Origin: Bacteroidales bacterium
GTDB taxonomy: Bacteria; Bacteroidota; Bacteroidia; Bacteroidales; JAIOZK01
Assembly (NCBI GenBank): GCA_021740625.1
Contig: JAIOZK010000004.1
Location: 100,316 to 164,315 of the forward strand
Direction of reading: 5' to 3'
Length of the DNA: 64,000 nucleotides
Part shown: in pieces, positions 46,613 to 56,321 of the stretch
Layout: the number at the start of each line of letters is the position of its first letter
Position numbering within the stretch: position 1 is the stretch's first letter
Made by a program: the position numbers and the translations under genes
Notes under the pieces: model-generated
What the model was told of the DNA's origin: nothing
Seen by the model: the letters and a program-made list of their open reading frames with translations, nothing else
The model's database searches: none

Positions 46613-47599
46613 GGGGGCTGAAGCCCCCCGGTGAAATGGAAAGCCCCCCCAACACCCCCACGCTGAAGCGTGGGGAAAGTATTCGGCTTCAGCGTTTATG
46701 AAAAAAATAGAATTAGTAGTAGCTACAGTCTCCGGAGGAACAGGTAGAGTTACCCGCAATCCCCATGCTGAAGTATGGATAAATTGTCCTGGATTTCCAG
46801 TTTCGTGGGAGAATGAGGAATTGGGGCTGAAGCCCCCGGCGAAATGGAAAGCCCCCAACACCCCCACGCTGAAGCGTGGGGAAAGTGTTCGGATCATCAT
46901 TCAAAAAAAGATTTGATAATGGGGCTGAAGCCCCTTGGTATAGCGGGTGGAAGACCATTAACCCCCACGCTGAAGCGTGGGGAAAGTATTCGGCTTCAGC
47001 GTATATGAAAAAAATAGAATTAGTGGTAGCTACAGTCTCCGGAGGAACAGGTAGAGTTACCCGCAATCCCTATGCTGAAGTATGGATAAATTGTCCTGGA
47101 ATTCCAGTTTCGTGGGAGAATGAGGAATTGGGGCTGAAGCCCCCCGGCGAAATGGAAAGCCCCCCAACACTCCCACGCTGAAGCGTGGGGAAAGTGTTCG
47201 GCTTCAGCGTTTATGAAAAAAATAGAATTAGTGGTAGCTACAGTCTCCGGAGGAACAGGTAGAGTTACCCGCAATCCCTATGCTGAAGTATGGATAAATT
47301 GTCCTGGATTTCCAGTTTCGTGGGAGAATGAGGAATTGGGGCTGAAGCCCCCCGGCGAAATGGAAAGCCCCCATCACCCCCACGCTGAAGCGTGGGGAAA
47401 GTGTTCGGATCATCATTCAAAAAAAGATTTGATAATGGGGCTGAAGCCCCTTGGTATAGCGGGTGGAAGACCATTAACCCCCACGCTGAAGCGTGGGGAA
47501 AGTATTCGGTCATCATTCAAAGAAAGATTTAATAATGGAGCTGAAGTCCCCGCGAAGCAAGGGGTATAATGCCATTAACCCCCACGCTAAAGCATGGGG
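46613..47599 (+). repeat. Mosaic REP array of seven units with two spacer variants and short or long tails; higher-order period about 516 bp
   Basis: Hairpin pairs start near 46614, 46823, 46921, 47130, 47338, 47437 and 47538. The long tail (about 160 bp) occurs three times. Confidence 0.9.
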
Positions 47600-47904
47600 A
47601 AAGTGAGCGGTTTTGACATTTTTGAAAGTATTGAATTATTGGGGCTGATGAGTTTTGCTGAAAATGAAATGCCACCACCCAACCCCAACGTTGAATCAGG
47701 AGAAATTAATCGGACTCAATAATTTTGAAAAATTGGTGATTGTGAATGTCTATAACCATGCTAAAACGGGAGGGATCACACCACCGCCATCAAGAAAAAT
47801 GCGTAATGCAAGATTTGCCAATGCCTGAAAACTCCATTACTTTCCCCACGCTTCAGCGTGGGGCAATTGGGGCACACAATAATAAATACAGGGGCTTTAG
47901 CCCC
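47600..47904 (+). repeat. Terminal module T' (second copy), with the inverted REP hairpin at 47844-47863 and GGGGCTTTAGCCCC at 47891-47904
   Basis: Aligned by eye to 45819-46125. Confidence 0.85.
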
Positions 47905-47912
47905 TCCGGCTT

Positions 47913-47946
47913 CAAAAAAAAGCTGCCTCCAGTGCAGGAAACAGCT
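47913..47946 (-). terminator. Intrinsic terminator of the T9SS cargo gene
   Basis: The minus strand has an AGCTG...CAGCT stem with an internal CCT/AGG pairing, followed by a T8 run. Confidence 0.65.
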
Positions 47947-47974
47947 TATTATTCCGGAAGCTTTTGTCGCAAAC

Positions 47975-50284
47975 CTAGTTCTTGATGAGTCTCTGTGTTA
48001 ACTTACCTGCTTCTTTACTGCTGAGTTCGATAGCGTAAAGCCCCTTCTGTAAGTTGGATGTGCTTATCCTGATCAATCCGTTTTGAGCTGTTTCCTGATA
48101 AATCTCAAGGGTCTTTCCGGTCAGATCCATGATCCTGATCGTATAGGAATCAGAAATATGCCTGTCAAATTCAATATACAACTCATCTTTAACCGGATTG
48201 GGGTACATATGTATGTTTTGCATACTCATTTCTTCTATTTCGGTACAATCATCAATCGTCACCATATAATCTTCAGTTGTCTTCTCACAGCCTTCAGGAG
48301 TAACTTCTGTAACCCTGGTCCAAGCTGTTCCTGCAGCACCCCAGTCAACTGTGATTTCATGCGTGCCGGTGCCATTGGTGATCGTGCCACCTTCAATTTC
48401 CCAGTCGTAGGTATTATCCGGGTTGTTTGACGTTGTGTAAACAATACCTTCCCAGAATTCACATACCAGTGTTTCACCGCTGATCGCCGGATTCGGCACT
48501 GCATGTACATTCACCTCTATATTGTCTGAAACCGGTCCGTCACCACATTCATTGGTTCCCATCACATTGATCTCTGCCAGTCCTGAGAAATTGTTATCCC
48601 AGTCAACCCAGGCATCCACATCTGTTCCATGAATAACTCCGGCATCTTCGGGTACAAGCGTCCAGGTGTAATAATTGGCATCAGTAGCGCCAGAAGTGTG
48701 ATAAGCAGTGCTGTCATTATCACTGCAAACAGCAGTTGAGCCACTTGGTGTGCCGGGTGTTCCGGGAACACTGATCATATGTACCCAGATACTTCCCGAC
48801 ATATCCATGTTGCAATAATCATTGCTGCCGGTTGAGGTATATATCCCTTCAGGCGACTGAACACCAAAGCTGATGGAGTCACCGGTTCCTGTTACAACAA
48901 TACCAGTGGATACATCATCCAGGAATAGTTCATAATCAATACCTGTTTCGGAACCGTCAAGGAGAAGTTCCGTTCCGGAAGTGCCTTCACAATAAGCCCC
49001 TGTACCCTGACTTGTTAAGTTAAAAATAACCGGATTCGGTCTTACCGTAGCAGAATATACATTCGACCAAACTCCGCTGCCACATTCATTTTCTGCCCTG
49101 ACTTTAATACTGATCGAACCTGTAAAAGCCTGCGAAAGATTCAGTGTGGCAGATGTTCCTGTGCCACTGAAACTTCCAGCGCCTGAGGGTTCAACCGACC
49201 AGTTGTAACTTGATGCATATGCAACCGGATCCGTTGAATATTGTGGTGATGAATTCTGGCATGGATCGCTTGAGCCAGTCGGGGTATTGGCCTGGGATGG
49301 AATTGACTTGGTTGTGATATAATCTGACATTTCCAGGGTATCCGTCACGGTTCCGTCGGATACAATTTGGGTTACATCATATACCCCGTGGTTGTTGTAG
49401 GTGACCGTCGGATTTGCATTTGTGGATGTGGCAGGTGTTCCGCCTTCAAAATGCCATTCATAGGAGGTGATGATTCCGAGGGAGCCATCATAAAAATCAA
49501 TTGATCCTCCTTCGCAGGTAGTCGTATCACTGCTTGTAAAACCTGCTGTGGCCTGCATAGGTTCCAGGTTGTCAAGTTCTACCATAGAACCCTGTAAAAT
49601 TTCCTTGGTATCATTATCCTGTATAAAGGCAACCAGTTCACAATGTGCAGTTACCCAGGAGGCGTCAATGCTGAAATTGTATGTCAGATGTTGCTGGGAA
49701 TTTCCTGAGAAACTCACGCTGGTGCCGTTTTCATCCGGATACATTTCACGGAATACATAATTCAGCTCCGACATGCCTTGCCATGAGTAGGCTATTTCAG
49801 ATTCTGTGATTACCAGATGCGCAACGAGGTTGCTGCCTGTATAAGATCCAACTTCTTCAAGCATCAGGTCGATGCTGTAGTTCAAACCATTATTGGTGCC
49901 GTAAATGTCAACTGTAAACTCCGAAGGGATGGCAATGCGGGTATTGTAAAGCGGGAGATAATTTGAGTACATACTCTGTGTATGGCTTCCTCCGGAATAT
50001 TCTTCAACACCATCAAAATGAGCAGTTGGATAACCGGAAATGTTATAGTAGCTGTTTCTGGCATTGGATTGATTTGTGGCATAGGGATCGCCATTATGAT
50101 ATTCAATGTTGGCAACGTCACAACCATTGGCTACCAGGTCGTCTGCGCCCATGGCAGCACCGGGACAATAATAACACCAGGCGCCGGTTGCTATTTCAAC
50201 GATAACACGTTCGCGGGGAACTTGTTGTGAGAATACAGCAAGAGCTAATAAAGTGGCAGTAAGGCCAAGTAAAAGTTTCTTCAT
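47975..50284 (-). CDS. Large secreted protein: thioredoxin-like/Omp28-related N-terminal region, PKD/Ig-like repeats, T9SS type A sorting domain
   Basis: 769 aa with a signal peptide and IATGAWCYYCPGA near the N-terminus. Repeated blocks recur with CEG / CGSG / CGDG motifs. The C-terminus is MYPNPVKDELYIEF...GLYAIEL...LIKN. Confidence 0.85.
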   Translation of the reverse strand: MKKLLLGLTATLLALAVFSQQVPRERVIVEIATGAWCYYCPGAAMGADDLVANGCDVANIEYHNGDPYATNQSNARNSYYNISGYPTAHFDGVEEYSGGSHTQSMYSNYLPLYNTRIAIPSEFTVDIYGTNNGLNYSIDLMLEEVGSYTGSNLVAHLVITESEIAYSWQGMSELNYVFREMYPDENGTSVSFSGNSQQHLTYNFSIDASWVTAHCELVAFIQDNDTKEILQGSMVELDNLEPMQATAGFTSSDTTTCEGGSIDFYDGSLGIITSYEWHFEGGTPATSTNANPTVTYNNHGVYDVTQIVSDGTVTDTLEMSDYITTKSIPSQANTPTGSSDPCQNSSPQYSTDPVAYASSYNWSVEPSGAGSFSGTGTSATLNLSQAFTGSISIKVRAENECGSGVWSNVYSATVRPNPVIFNLTSQGTGAYCEGTSGTELLLDGSETGIDYELFLDDVSTGIVVTGTGDSISFGVQSPEGIYTSTGSNDYCNMDMSGSIWVHMISVPGTPGTPSGSTAVCSDNDSTAYHTSGATDANYYTWTLVPEDAGVIHGTDVDAWVDWDNNFSGLAEINVMGTNECGDGPVSDNIEVNVHAVPNPAISGETLVCEFWEGIVYTTSNNPDNTYDWEIEGGTITNGTGTHEITVDWGAAGTAWTRVTEVTPEGCEKTTEDYMVTIDDCTEIEEMSMQNIHMYPNPVKDELYIEFDRHISDSYTIRIMDLTGKTLEIYQETAQNGLIRISTSNLQKGLYAIELSSKEAGKLTQRLIKN

Positions 50285-50420
50285 CTTTATTGGAATTTCA
50301 GTTCATAAAAACGCAAAAATAAAGGCATAGGCATATACATATATAATTAATTACCTCTCTTTACCTCTACAAGGTCCTGATTTATAACGATTATAAATAG
50401 TTGCAATAATCTTAATTTCA

Positions 50421-50428
50421 TATATTTG
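50421..50428 (+). promoter_or_regulatory. -7 box (TATATTTG) upstream of the ECF sigma gene
   Basis: TAnnTTTG match 68 nt upstream of the ATG at 50496. Confidence 0.4.
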
Positions 50429-50495
50429 AAAGAAATGTTTTTTGATTTCACACAGACAACTTTTCTACAGGGTCCTTCGTCAATTAAATTAGGAG

Positions 50496-51035
50496 ATGAA
50501 CATAAACAAGAAAAAGTTAGTTGACGGATGCATTGAAAAGAAGAATTGGGCCTATAAGGAGATGTATCGTCGCTATCAACCCATGCTTCTTGGAATTTGT
50601 TATCGGTATGCCAAAGAAAAATCTGAGGCGGAAGATATTCTTTTGAAAGGTTTTATGAATATCTTTCAGAAGATTCACATGTGCAATTCACCCGAATCCC
50701 TGGAAGCTTGGTTAAGGAAATCTATGATCAATACAGCGATTGATCATTATCGCAAATACCATAAAAGGGCAAAGCATGAAGACATTCTGGATCATGAAAA
50801 TAATATGATAATAAACAGTGACCAATTGAGTCAATTAACTGAAAAGGAAATTCTAAAGTTGATTCAGCAATTACCTGACGGCTATCGCATGGTTTTGAAT
50901 TTATTCGTATTTGAAGGATATAGCCACCAGGAGATTGCTCAAAAATTGAATATTTCTGAAAATACATCCAAAACCCAGCTACGGAAAGCCAGGAAACACA
51001 TAGCGCTTAAACTTACAGACTATTACAGACAATGA
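50496..51035 (+). CDS. ECF-type RNA polymerase sigma-70 family factor
   Basis: 179 aa with region 2 (YAKEKSEAEDILLKGFMNIF) and the region 4 HTH (GYSHQEIAQKLNISENTSKTQLRKAR). Confidence 0.9.
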   Translation: MNINKKKLVDGCIEKKNWAYKEMYRRYQPMLLGICYRYAKEKSEAEDILLKGFMNIFQKIHMCNSPESLEAWLRKSMINTAIDHYRKYHKRAKHEDILDHENNMIINSDQLSQLTEKEILKLIQQLPDGYRMVLNLFVFEGYSHQEIAQKLNISENTSKTQLRKARKHIALKLTDYYRQ

Positions 51036-52318
51036 AGGAACAAGAAAAAAATATTGATAAGATTCTTAAATCAAAACTAAATGGTTTTGAAGTAAAGGAT
51101 AATCCGGCACTGAGAATCCGGTTTTTCTGGTTCATGCACAGGAAGAGATTGGTCGGAGTCCTGGTAGGACTGATCGTTCTGGGTCTGCTTGCTTTTCTGT
51201 TCATCCCCTCTGCTTCAAACAACTCTAATCAGGAAAATAGAAACTCCTTCGCCACACGAAATCATGAAACAGTTGCAGATCCCAGTGAAATCAACAAACC
51301 CTCATTTGAGCCTAATGAGAAATCATCTGAAAATAATGAAGCCAATAAACATCAACCGAACAATAAGGAGTTCGTGGAAGAAACTTTTGCAACAGTAAGA
51401 AAATCAAGCAACAATGAATTGAAGGGTCATAAACAGGAAGCTTCGGTAGTGTTGGTTTCGCATCCTGAAGATATACTCCACCAGATGCTTTCCATTCAAC
51501 ACACATTAACCTGGGAAAAATTTAGCAATAAAATATCAACCAGGGACAGTTCCATTCTGCTTGATTATTATTTTCCTCCTTCGGATCGTGAGGAAAAATT
51601 CAGCCTGACCATCGGTGCCGGGCCTGTATATGATATCAGTTATACCAAAATGAATAAAGAGTACCCTGATACATATTATACGAAATCCTTTCAGGAACCT
51701 GGTTTCAAATTCGGGCTGGGTGCGGAAATGAGAATCTGGAATTTCTATGCAAGAACCGGACTTGACTTCATATATCATCAGGAGTATTTGAAACTTAACA
51801 CATTTAAAAAAGTAGTCGATCCAAACGGTGGATATTATGATATGGATACCGTTTGGGGACATATCTACAACAACCCTGTGACAGGCGAACCCGTAGTTCT
51901 GGGAGTCGATTCATCATGGAAGGATACCTATATGAATGAAGCGGCTGCATACGCCCTGAAAAACAAAGTATTTTATTTAAGCATTCCCTTGACCATAGGT
52001 TATGAGCTCGAACATAAAAAAATAAGCTGCATGCCCTATCTGGGTGTAAGTTTTAATATTTTGAACAACTCCGGCATTAAGATACCGCTGGCACAACAAG
52101 AGGGGGGATTTGCCGTAAGTTCATCGGGCGATCATGTAAGAAGTATTTTCACAAAAGTCCATCTGGGGTTTGAACTGTCCTGGCAAGTCAAAGCGAAAAA
52201 TAGTATCTTTATCAATGCTGGTTACGAACAGAATTTGAATTCGGTTTATCTTGATTTACCGATGGAGAAAAAGAGTCGGCTTATCAGTATTTTATTCGGA
52301 TATAAAATAGGATTCTAA
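51032..52318 (+). CDS. Membrane protein coupled to the sigma factor (anti-sigma-like position) with a C-terminal beta-barrel-like domain
   Basis: 428 aa with a 4-nt overlap onto the sigma gene. It has a single TM (LVGVLVGLIVLGLLAFLFI), a low-complexity linker, and a beta-rich C-terminus ending ...GYKIGF. Confidence 0.65.
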   Translation: MKEQEKNIDKILKSKLNGFEVKDNPALRIRFFWFMHRKRLVGVLVGLIVLGLLAFLFIPSASNNSNQENRNSFATRNHETVADPSEINKPSFEPNEKSSENNEANKHQPNNKEFVEETFATVRKSSNNELKGHKQEASVVLVSHPEDILHQMLSIQHTLTWEKFSNKISTRDSSILLDYYFPPSDREEKFSLTIGAGPVYDISYTKMNKEYPDTYYTKSFQEPGFKFGLGAEMRIWNFYARTGLDFIYHQEYLKLNTFKKVVDPNGGYYDMDTVWGHIYNNPVTGEPVVLGVDSSWKDTYMNEAAAYALKNKVFYLSIPLTIGYELEHKKISCMPYLGVSFNILNNSGIKIPLAQQEGGFAVSSSGDHVRSIFTKVHLGFELSWQVKAKNSIFINAGYEQNLNSVYLDLPMEKKSRLISILFGYKIGF

Positions 52319-52319
52319 A

Positions 52320-54146
52320 TTGGAAAAGAGACGGGCTTTCATCTTATTCCTGCTGATTTTTGCTTCTGTTCTGCTTCATTCGCAGAATCAGGCTACATGC
52401 TGGCATTTTGGTGAAGGCTGTAGCCTGAACTTTGGGAGCGTTCCTCCTCTTGCGCAGAGCAATCCGAATATTAATTCCCTCTCAGCCTGCGCAAGCATAT
52501 CGGATAAATCAGGTAATCTAATGTTTTATACTGATGGCGTATCATTGTGGAATGCAGATCATGAAATCGTACCCGGAGATTATCAACTCCGGGGTTCGCA
52601 GAATATCAATGCCAATTCGATCTTTGTACCCTTTCCTGAAAACGACAGCCTGTACCTGCTGTTTACCATTGGAAAACAAGAGGACAGCCTGAACCTTTAT
52701 TATCATCTGATCAATTCCAATCTAAACAACTACAAAGGGGGAATTGTATATGGTAAAATGTTGCATAAACAGGTCATGAACCGGATCACCGGATATTTCA
52801 ATTGCAACAATGGTTCTTACAGAATTATCACGCAATCGGCAGATACCGCTTTGTTCTATACTTATGAGATTGATCTGTACGGACTGGATACAAATTGTAT
52901 TAGATCCATCGCTCCCGGAAATCTATTGCCGAATATTGGATACATGAAGGCTTCCCCCGACGGGAAAAAACTGCTTGTTCCTGTTAACAAAGCAAATATA
53001 CTGGCGTCTGTTTATGATATCGATTCCGAAAGCGGACAATTAAGTAAGCTGTTTGATCTGTATCGTGAAAACCTGACCTATGCTTTCGGTTGCGAGTTCT
53101 CTCCCGACGGAAGGTTCCTTTATATAAGCACCGGCGGTGAGAATTATGAGTTGTTGCAGTTCGATCTATCTTCAAAAAACGAGATAAAGGTCAATGAATC
53201 TAAAACAAAAATCACCGAAGGGAATGTTTATGGTTTGCAACTTTCCATCGATGGCAAAATATACATAAATTGTTTAAACACCCCTTTTTTACATGTAATC
53301 CATCAACCCTGGAAGAAGGGGCCGGACTGTGAATACGAATCAAAAGCCATTGAACTTAAAGGAGGAACATCACAAATGGGGCTTCCGGTCTTTATACAAA
53401 CCTGGTTTTACAAGCCTTTATTCAGAATGAATGGTTTTTGCCTGGGAGATACAACGGATTTTCAATATGAAACTGTGATCGATCATGACTCATTGTTGTG
53501 GAAAATCTTTGGATCAAACGGTGAAATTGTTTCTTATAAAAATAAATGGAAATTCTCACATATTTTTGAAGATACCGGACGTTACCATGCAAGCCTGGAA
53601 GTATACCATTGCCAGCATACATTCCGCAGCGAAGAAAACTTTTTTGTCCATCCCATTCCCCAAATTGATCTTTTTACTGATACCATGGTTTATACCGGCC
53701 AGTTTGAGATCACATTAAATGCATCTTATGATTCCATTTACTGGTGGATTGGATCATTTGGAAATACAGTGGAACTGCCGGTACCCGGTGAGTATGGTGT
53801 TACAGTTTATAAAAATGCCTGTCAGGCCAGCAGGGAGTTTCGCTTAGACTTCAAAGGAAGTCAAGTGTTTTTCCCAACAGCATTTTCACCCAACAACGAT
53901 GGAGTGAATGATGTATTCAAGCCGGTTGTTTCCGGGCAGATCGATTGTTATCAGTTGCTGATCTTTTCAAGAAACGGTACACAGGTGTTTGAGAGCAATA
54001 ACATACAAGATGGCTGGGATGGCAACATGAACGGCCATATAGGCAAAAACAATACATATTGCTGGATTGCCAGATATTGTATTGATGACGGCCGGGAAAG
54101 AAATAAGGAAATGGTCAAAAAGGGTGTCGTGTATTTATCAAGATAG
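52320..54146 (+). CDS. Secreted protein with a T9SS type B (gliding-motility-associated, CHU_C-like) C-terminal domain
   Basis: 608 aa from a TTG start. The C-terminus is VFFPTAFSPNNDGVNDVFKPV...IFSRNGTQVFES...GWDG. Confidence 0.85.
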   Translation: MEKRRAFILFLLIFASVLLHSQNQATCWHFGEGCSLNFGSVPPLAQSNPNINSLSACASISDKSGNLMFYTDGVSLWNADHEIVPGDYQLRGSQNINANSIFVPFPENDSLYLLFTIGKQEDSLNLYYHLINSNLNNYKGGIVYGKMLHKQVMNRITGYFNCNNGSYRIITQSADTALFYTYEIDLYGLDTNCIRSIAPGNLLPNIGYMKASPDGKKLLVPVNKANILASVYDIDSESGQLSKLFDLYRENLTYAFGCEFSPDGRFLYISTGGENYELLQFDLSSKNEIKVNESKTKITEGNVYGLQLSIDGKIYINCLNTPFLHVIHQPWKKGPDCEYESKAIELKGGTSQMGLPVFIQTWFYKPLFRMNGFCLGDTTDFQYETVIDHDSLLWKIFGSNGEIVSYKNKWKFSHIFEDTGRYHASLEVYHCQHTFRSEENFFVHPIPQIDLFTDTMVYTGQFEITLNASYDSIYWWIGSFGNTVELPVPGEYGVTVYKNACQASREFRLDFKGSQVFFPTAFSPNNDGVNDVFKPVVSGQIDCYQLLIFSRNGTQVFESNNIQDGWDGNMNGHIGKNNTYCWIARYCIDDGRERNKEMVKKGVVYLSR

Positions 54147-54229
54147 GGAAAGTGCACGGACAACTTTCATCAAAAGCATTTCGTCTCTTATAGAAACAAT
54201 TCACATATGTTTCACTAAAAGATTTACCC

Positions 54230-56281
54230 ATGAAAAGTAAAGTTTTATTTTTTGTCACTATTCTTCTAAGTTCGGCTTTATTCGCTCAGAATAGCCCGCC
54301 GGTTGCGGTCAACGACACTGTCATCACCAAGCCCGGAAAGAGAATTACCGTTCCCGTTGTATCTAATGATTACGACCCTGAAGGAGACAGTTTTAAAGTT
54401 TTTCTTGCACCGGATTCGGATTCTTTCACTGATTCAACAATTACCTATACAATACCCTATGATTATGTGTTGAATCAGGAAGGTGTTATCTCTTTTAATT
54501 ATACACTGGTTGATGAAACCTTTAATACCGGCCCTGAATCAAAGGCCAAAGTAATTATTCATGTCGAGGATAAATTTTATGATTATCTCGATATCAATAA
54601 TATCAATGCACGCATTAACTCATTCGGAAATCAGTTTTTGAATCCTCATAATTATGCTGATTCTATCCATTATGAGTTTCCAAAAGGAAGCGGAATCAAT
54701 TCTGTTTATTGCTCATCACTTTGGATTGGTGGAGTTACGGACGAAGATACCTTGGTTGCTGCAGATCGTTATCATTTTTCGGGCGGCGACTTCTGGAGCG
54801 GTCCCTTATCGGTAAACAATGGTACCTACATTGATACCGTCACCGTTGAGAACTGGAGAAAAGTTTGGAAAGTTAACAGGGAGGAAGTGATCTATCATGC
54901 GAATCACTGGAATGAACCGGGCTACGAGGCTCCTGCCTCCATCACCGCCTGGCCTGCCCATGGTGATACAACATTGCATCAGAGCTTCTATCTGGCTCCC
55001 TTTGTTGATACTGACCAGGATGGTATTTACCAACCTTCCCAGGGTGATTTTCCGCTGGTGAGGGGAGATCAGTGCATATTTTTTATTTTCAATGATCAAA
55101 AGGAAAATAAATTCACCGGATCGGAACCCATCGGACTTGAAGTTCATGGCATGGCCTGGGCATTTCATGAGCCCGCCCTACCGGAAGCTTCCATGGAAGA
55201 CTTCCCGAGCTTGAATAATACCGTCTTTCTGAGTTATAAAGTTTTCAATCATTCCTCATCAACATTGACGGATGCCTATATCGGGGTATTTTCCGATTTT
55301 GACCTGGGATATGCATTCGATGATTATGTAGGATGTGATGTGGAAAGAGGTGCTTTTTACGGTTATAATGGTGATGACTATGATGAAAGCGTGCCCGGTA
55401 ATGCCGGATACGGAGATGTCATTCCTGCCCAGGCGATCGTAATATTGGGAGGACCTGATTTGGATTCTGACGGGCTGGACAATCCTGATGACAACTGTGA
55501 TGCCAGCGTGAACGGAATTGGCTTTGGCGACGGTATTGCCGACAATGAACGTTATGGCATGAGCAGTTTTATATATTTCAACAATGCCACAGGATCTCAA
55601 AGTGATCCCCAGAACGCACACGAGTATTACAACTATATGAAAGCCATCTGGAGGGATGGAACTGTTATGGAATATGGGGGTAACGGGCATGTATCTTCAG
55701 GAGCATACGGCCCTGAGTGCCGTTTTATGTTTCCCGGCCTGTCCGATTCATGCAACTGGGGAACCAATGGTATAGAACCTTTCGGACCGAAAAACTGGAC
55801 CGAAGAATTGGCGGATAATATACCGGGTGACCGGCGTGGTTTATCTGCCATGGGGCCTTTTACTTTCAATCCCGGAGAGGTTCAAAAAATTGATGTGGCT
55901 TTTGTGACGGCTATTGATGGCACCGAACCACCGGTAGAATTGTTGAAACATTATATTGATACGGTGAAATCTTTTTACTACAGCAATCCCGACAACTTCG
56001 GATATGAATGGCTCGATGTAGAAGAAACGACCGAAAAACACCCACAATTGGGTATCTATCCAAATCCCGCAATAGATTTTATTTACGTAAAGCTTGATAA
56101 ACAATTCAAAACTGATGGTGAATATTTTGTTTACAATCTAGTAGGCAAAAATGTTATGCATAAAAGCTTTGCCGGAACAGGGGAGTTTTCCATCGATATT
56201 TCCAATCTCGAACCGGGTTTTTACCTGCTCAGTGTTCTGGTAGAAGAGTATCAAACAACTGGTAAATTCATCAGGAAATAA
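54230..56281 (+). CDS. Secreted protein with an N-terminal cadherin-like/VCBS-type motif and a T9SS type A sorting domain
   Basis: 683 aa with AVNDTVITKPGKRITVPVVSNDYDPEGDSF and C-terminal IYPNPAIDFIYVKL...GFYLLSV...FIRK. Confidence 0.85.
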   Translation: MKSKVLFFVTILLSSALFAQNSPPVAVNDTVITKPGKRITVPVVSNDYDPEGDSFKVFLAPDSDSFTDSTITYTIPYDYVLNQEGVISFNYTLVDETFNTGPESKAKVIIHVEDKFYDYLDINNINARINSFGNQFLNPHNYADSIHYEFPKGSGINSVYCSSLWIGGVTDEDTLVAADRYHFSGGDFWSGPLSVNNGTYIDTVTVENWRKVWKVNREEVIYHANHWNEPGYEAPASITAWPAHGDTTLHQSFYLAPFVDTDQDGIYQPSQGDFPLVRGDQCIFFIFNDQKENKFTGSEPIGLEVHGMAWAFHEPALPEASMEDFPSLNNTVFLSYKVFNHSSSTLTDAYIGVFSDFDLGYAFDDYVGCDVERGAFYGYNGDDYDESVPGNAGYGDVIPAQAIVILGGPDLDSDGLDNPDDNCDASVNGIGFGDGIADNERYGMSSFIYFNNATGSQSDPQNAHEYYNYMKAIWRDGTVMEYGGNGHVSSGAYGPECRFMFPGLSDSCNWGTNGIEPFGPKNWTEELADNIPGDRRGLSAMGPFTFNPGEVQKIDVAFVTAIDGTEPPVELLKHYIDTVKSFYYSNPDNFGYEWLDVEETTEKHPQLGIYPNPAIDFIYVKLDKQFKTDGEYFVYNLVGKNVMHKSFAGTGEFSIDISNLEPGFYLLSVLVEEYQTTGKFIRK

Positions 56282-56321
56282 TATCCCAGATTGAATAGCC
56301 AAATGATTCCCATGAGACCAG

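Noticed and set aside
46698-47569. Three near-identical ORFs starting MKKIELVVATVSGGTGRVTRNP... (46698-46916, about 47005, 47213-47569), plus other ORF-track entries inside the arrays (45233-45448, 46589-47516)
   Set aside because: They lie entirely within the long-tail repeat module and read straight through the REP hairpins. Overlapping ORFs are equally long on both strands, and the copies are near-identical at the DNA level, so there is no evidence of selection on a protein. A repeat-encoded peptide cannot be strictly excluded.
45250-47904. Regular repeats with palindromic cores that at first glance could be a CRISPR array
   Set aside because: The whole 101-bp unit repeats, so there are no unique spacers. 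The repeats are hairpin pairs of REP type, no cas genes are present, and a Y1 transposase (RAYT-type) sits in the middle.
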